DNA of 64,000 nt from Vicugna vicugna. Taxonomy: Eukaryota. Positions within the stretch are counted from its first letter, which is position 1. Each line of letters starts with the position of its first letter. The notes under the pieces were generated by a model. That model was not told where the DNA came from and searched no databases. It saw only the letters and a program-made list of their open reading frames with translations. Below, in pieces: positions 59,841 to 64,000 of the stretch. The stretch is from the NCBI GenBank assembly GCA_013265495.1, contig MU061852.1, positions 3,751,582 to 3,815,581 of the forward strand, in the 5' to 3' direction. The position numbers and the translations under genes were made by a program.

Positions 59841-59879
59841 GATTTATAGAGGAAACAAGGGGGTGACGCCTAAATGTGG

Positions 59880-60077
59880 TGCTTCTTATGTGCCAGGCAC
59901 TATTCAAGGAGCTGTGAGCACATGAGGTGGGTGCTGCAATTACCTCTGCTTATACAGAAGAAAGTCAAGGTACACAGAGGTTAAGGGATTTGCCCAAAAC
60001 AACAGCTGGTTAGTGGCAGAGCCAAGATCTGAACCCAGGTGCTCTGAGTCTGGAGTTCACGCTTTAATTGCTACACT
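59880..60077 (-). mobile_element. MIR element
   Basis: tatgtgccaggcact...cagaggttaagggatttgccc...gtggcagagccaagatctgaacccagg. Confidence 0.85.
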
Positions 60078-60759
60078 CTTCTGTCTCCCATCCCCCCATC
60101 AACTCCAAGCTCTAGGACAAAGGCAAGCTGAGAGCTGCCGGGAACAGCCCCAGCATCTCCCCCAGACGGGTCCCTCCCTCACTGCTCTCTACCCAGGTAA
60201 TGGTACCTCTAACTACCCCAAGGCTCAAGCCAGAAACCATGACTCCTCCCATCCCCCCGCCCCCACACACCATCAGTCCCGAAGGCCTAGACATTCTACC
60301 TCCTAAGTATCTCTGGACGTCTTCCCAGGTGAATGCTTTCCTGTAAATCTGCCCTCCCCACCCTGCTCCCAGTGACTTGGTTATTGTTTTCTGAGGCCTA
60401 GACGTCTCCCCAAAGTATCCACAGGGAAGTGGGGAAGGGGGAGAAAGAAGGGGGCTAAGACACTATACTGCCATGCCCACTCACATCCCCCTGATACAGG
60501 CACCAGGGCCAACCTGGAGCACCTGTCCCTGTGAATCCCACCACCCAGGGTCACAAGACCTGGGAAACTCGGCCTTCATTAAGACATAGCAATGCCTCAT
60601 TAATCCCGACAGCGGATCCATTTCCTATTAATCAGGCCAATGAACAGCTCCAGGAAGGCTGATAGCGTGAGAAGTGACCTTTCAAACCACCTGCTTGGTG
60701 CCGATGAGCCCAGGCCCTGCCTGGTCTCTGGCGCAGAAACATGTTTGTGCAATGATGAT

Positions 60760-60913
60760 AATCCTGCTCTGCACCAGGTACTTTATCTCATTTAGTCCTT
60801 CATTGTTGTTATCCCCAGTTTACAGGCTCAGAGAGGTTGTCACTAGCTCAAGGTCACACAGCCAATGAGCGGCACATCCAAGACGTGAATTCAACCCTGT
60901 GTGACTCCTAAAC
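60760..60913 (-). mobile_element. MIR fragment
   Basis: atctcatttagtcctt...atccccagtttacaggctcagagaggtt...caaggtcacacagc. Confidence 0.8.
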
Positions 60914-60989
60914 ACCTGGCAAAAAACAGTTCACATGGCACTGTTGGGGGCATTGTCCAGAGCAGAGTCAGTGGGGTGGCGGGGGGCAA

Positions 60990-61300
60990 AGTCAGACCAA
61001 AGAAGGTCAAGGAGATACGTGGGAGAGGAATACAACGACTATTTGACGAATATTGGCTGTGATGGGGAAGATAAAGAGAAGATGGCACTTGGAAGGGATG
61101 AGGGCTGGAGGGAAGTTTTCATATTCTTGCGTTTTTTGTCCCCTAAGATGTGAAAGACAGTGTTTAAATGCTGATGGGAAGGAGCCAGCAGAGGGAGAAG
61201 GTGCCGATCCAGTGGAGAGAGGAGGGACAGCAGATGGGGCAGAGTCTCTGAGGTAGGGAGGATCTGGGGCACCAGCAGGGTCGGGAGTGACAGGTGCAGG
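60990..61300 (-). mobile_element. L2 fragment, reverse orientation
   Basis: agtgtttaaatgctgatgggaaggagccagcagagggagaagg. Confidence 0.55.
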
Positions 61301-61959
61301 TACAGACAGTTGGGAGGGGCCCATCTTACACATCACCCCAGGGTCCAGTGGGCTCTGGAGGTTTTATGTAACTATTAAGAAAGTCACTCACGACCTCTGA
61401 GCCTTTGTTTTCTCACCTGCAGTATGGTGCTAGTGACACAGGGGTCTGCGCAGACAAAGCGTGATGACCTTCTGCAGGCTGCCTACACAGGCTAGGCACG
61501 TGGTGGGCCCTGCAGGCGGGTGGCCATCACCCTCATCACCCCCGCGTCAGAGACCAGGAAATGGCGGCTCAGAAGGTTAAATAACAGACACATCTCAGAG
61601 TGAGTGATCTGAGGGTAGAGCCAGGTTTGAGAACGTGTTCTAAATCTGAAGCACATCCTACAGCACCTAGAGCCTCCCCGGAGGAGGGAAACTTGGTTAC
61701 CCACCTGACTGTGCCTGGGGGTACCCAGAGCATCCAGGGGCAGCCTTGGTGGGGGAAACACTCAAACCAGAGTGGCATGGGGACATCGGGACATCACACA
61801 GGTTCAGGAAGCCTCAGTTTGCCTCACACTTGCTCTGACCACCCTCTGAAGAAGGCTCCGGACTCTCCCAGTTTGCAGCTCTCTGCAGAGCCTGTCCTTG
61901 TTTGCTGGTCTTTTCAGTCAGGTCTTCTCAGATGGGACTCCCCCACTCAGCAGGGGAAG

Positions 61960-62560
61960 AGTCTCCTGCCTATCCCCCCATTGCTCACCTCTCCCCTACA
62001 CCGGAAGGCCTCCTGGCAGCAGCACCCCATCTCTTTCTGCACTGCCACCACCGTAGCCCAGACATCACTTTCCCTCGACTGGACACTCCACTAACCCTGC
62101 CTCCAGCTTGCCTGCCCCCATCTAGTCTCTATTCAGCAGCCAGAGTGAAGTGGTAGCTTATTCCCTGTAAAAACCCTCCAAAAGCCCCCCATGGCTCTCA
62201 AAACTAAATTTAAACTCTTGTCATGGTGGACAGAGCCCTGCCAGGTCCGATCCAAACCCTCCATAGTCCCTAGAACCCTGCCTTCCCATCCTTTGGATAA
62301 GTAATGTTCCCTGCAGCCTCAGGGCCTTTGCATAAGCTGCTCCTGCTGTCACAAATCTCTTAGACTACTTTTTTACCCACTAACTTCTGTTCATCTTTCT
62401 AATCTCAGTTTAAACATCATTTCCTCAGAAAACCTTCCTTGGCACTCCTGCCATCGCCCACCTCCATTAGCTCAGTTCTGGGTTTTAGGCCCTCTGGTGA
62501 TTCCCTCAGCCTCTCTCACAGCACTGCTCACGGTTTGTTACTTCTGTGTGTGAGGTTATT
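61960..62560 (+). mobile_element. L2 3' region
   Basis: actgccaccaccgtagcccagacatcac...cagcagccagagtga...tctcagtttaaacatcatttcctcagaaaaccttcct. Confidence 0.75.
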
Positions 62561-62606
62561 ACTTTTGCTCACGGTTGTTATGTACACGTGTGAGGTTATT
62601 ACTTTT
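62526..62606. repeat. ~40-bp tandem duplication
   Basis: gctcacggtttgtta...gtgtgaggttattactttt followed by gctcacggttgtta...gtgtgaggttattactttt. Confidence 0.9.
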
Positions 62607-63245
62607 CCCACATTTTGAAGGACTATTTGATTCATAGCTGCTTCCCCACAGGGAACAATAACCCTGGGCAGGGCAGACACCACGCCTGCCTTGCTTCCTG
62701 CCCCGTCCCAATGACGACCCTGTTCCTGGCACACGGGGGTGGGGAACAAGTGAAGGAGTGACCTGACAAGAAGGGAAGGCCTACAGAGGATGGAGACCTC
62801 GCCCCTCACACACGGGGGGGAGTTCCCTCTGCCAGGGAGAGAAGCCGGGTGAAACACTCCTGGCTCCTGCCTCAACGTGTTGGCTTCAGAAACCAAAGGC
62901 TGGAACCTGCTGAACCAGAATGGCTGGGTGAGTGGGCCTGGGGGTGGGGCCTCCGCGCCAAACAAAGAACCAGAAGCTGGGGAGGGAGCCAGGTACAGGT
63001 CATAAGAGAGAGAAGGCGGCAGAGGGGGAAGGCCTGAGTACAGTGGAGGCTGGATGGTGCCCAAGGCCTGGGGCTTTCGGGGAGGTGGACCCCTCCACTC
63101 CAGGGAGACTGGAGAGGGGCCAGGGCCCCGCCCAGCCCACCCACCTACCCACTAGACTCTGGCAAGACTAGCAGTGCCCAAGCCTGTGGCAGCCAAGTAG
63201 GGGGAGGGGCAGTCCCCTCCCTTCCATCAGACCTCACCCTCACTT

Positions 63246-63266
63246 CCCCCCCCCCCCCCCCCCCCC
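63246..63266. repeat. C21 homopolymer (G21 on the PTPRF sense strand)
   Basis: Direct count. Confidence 0.9.
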
Positions 63267-64000
63267 AGACAAGCCCTCGTCCCTTCGGTTCACCAGGTGG
63301 ACTTTGGGGAGCACAAACTGTGCTGAAGTTTGTCTCCCTGCTCCCTTCCCCACACTGCTGCTAACCTCTCCAGGCTCACCTTTCTTGACTCTTTCAAAAA
63401 ACGAGCACCTGCCATGGGCCAAGAACTGTGTAGGACACAGCTCAGGCCCAGTGGATGTGTCACCCCAACCCAGGCCTGTGGGTACCCCCTCGCTTTGCAC
63501 ATGCTCCAACTGTCTCATGCACCCCACTCCCAAGCCTGTGGGAGCCTGCTCTGTATACTGCAGCCCTTGGGCCACAGTGACTGGTCAAGTCCCCAGGCAG
63601 GCAGGTAAAATTAGGCAGCTTGACCACTCTGCCCAGTCATGGTCCAGAGCTGGTGTTCAGTGAGGGTGTGAACAGAACTTTGGAGACCAGTTGTCTGGAG
63701 GGGCTTTCCGCCCTACCAGAATGTGGCTCCACCTCGGCTGCCCCACCACACAGAGGTGGTGGGCTGCACAGGCCTTTGGGCAGCAGCTCCCAGGGGCATG
63801 CCCTGAACATCCTCAAGCTGCCGAGTCCATGCAAAGTGGGAGGGGGTGGCCTAAGGAAGGAAACAAGTGGGCCATCCTGGGGTGGGGGTGGGGGTCCAAC
63901 ATCTCCCAGGGTCCAGCCCTCGGGACAGCCAAACAGAGCCACCTAAGGCTGCTCCACAGGGAGATGACTGCAGAGTACACGTATACATGTACACAAACAC

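Noticed and set aside
59610-64000. Search for the signal-peptide exon or PTPRF promoter
   Set aside because: No MAPEPAP-like or hydrophobic leader exon and no CpG island seen; the region is repeat-rich intron.
1-64000. tRNA, rRNA, snRNA genes, CRISPR arrays, integrated viral or bacterial DNA
   Set aside because: No such signatures seen; all coding signal is explained by PTPRF and the rest by mammalian intron and old repeats.

Overview
Mammalian genomic DNA; no prokaryotic, CRISPR or RNA-gene features are supported. The whole window lies inside one gene on the minus strand: PTPRF (LAR receptor tyrosine phosphatase). I resolved 30 core coding exons, equivalent to about human exons 4-33, from Ig1 (59464-59609) through the FN3 repeats, transmembrane helix, D1 and most of D2 (295-430). 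This set includes the alternative 27-nt meC/LASE-c exon. The signal-peptide exon and the last coding exon lie outside the window. All sequenced junctions are GT-AG and phase-compatible; three D2 exons are partly hidden by N-gaps. Reading the introns by hand found three more micro-exons absent from the ORF track: meA (18 nt, GGSPIR), a 12-nt SKQE exon and a 33-nt LASE-a-type exon. The expected 12-nt meB was not found in sequenced DNA and is predicted to lie in the gap at 34228-34431. Introns carry old repeats (MIR, L2, L1M, MLT1, MER20, MER58A, Charlie) and one short young L1 3' end that I recall as camelid-like; the species call is an inference. I found no convincing previously undescribed system. 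The most promising leads are the splicing-motif clusters around the micro-exons, two perfect extra 5' splice sites after the FN3-3 exon, a Val-to-Ala change in the D1 signature motif, an intragenic CpG island with an RFX X-box, a 39-bp non-transposon duplication and a twin-hairpin AT-rich island. Human comparisons and repeat-family names are from memory, and repeat boundaries are approximate.
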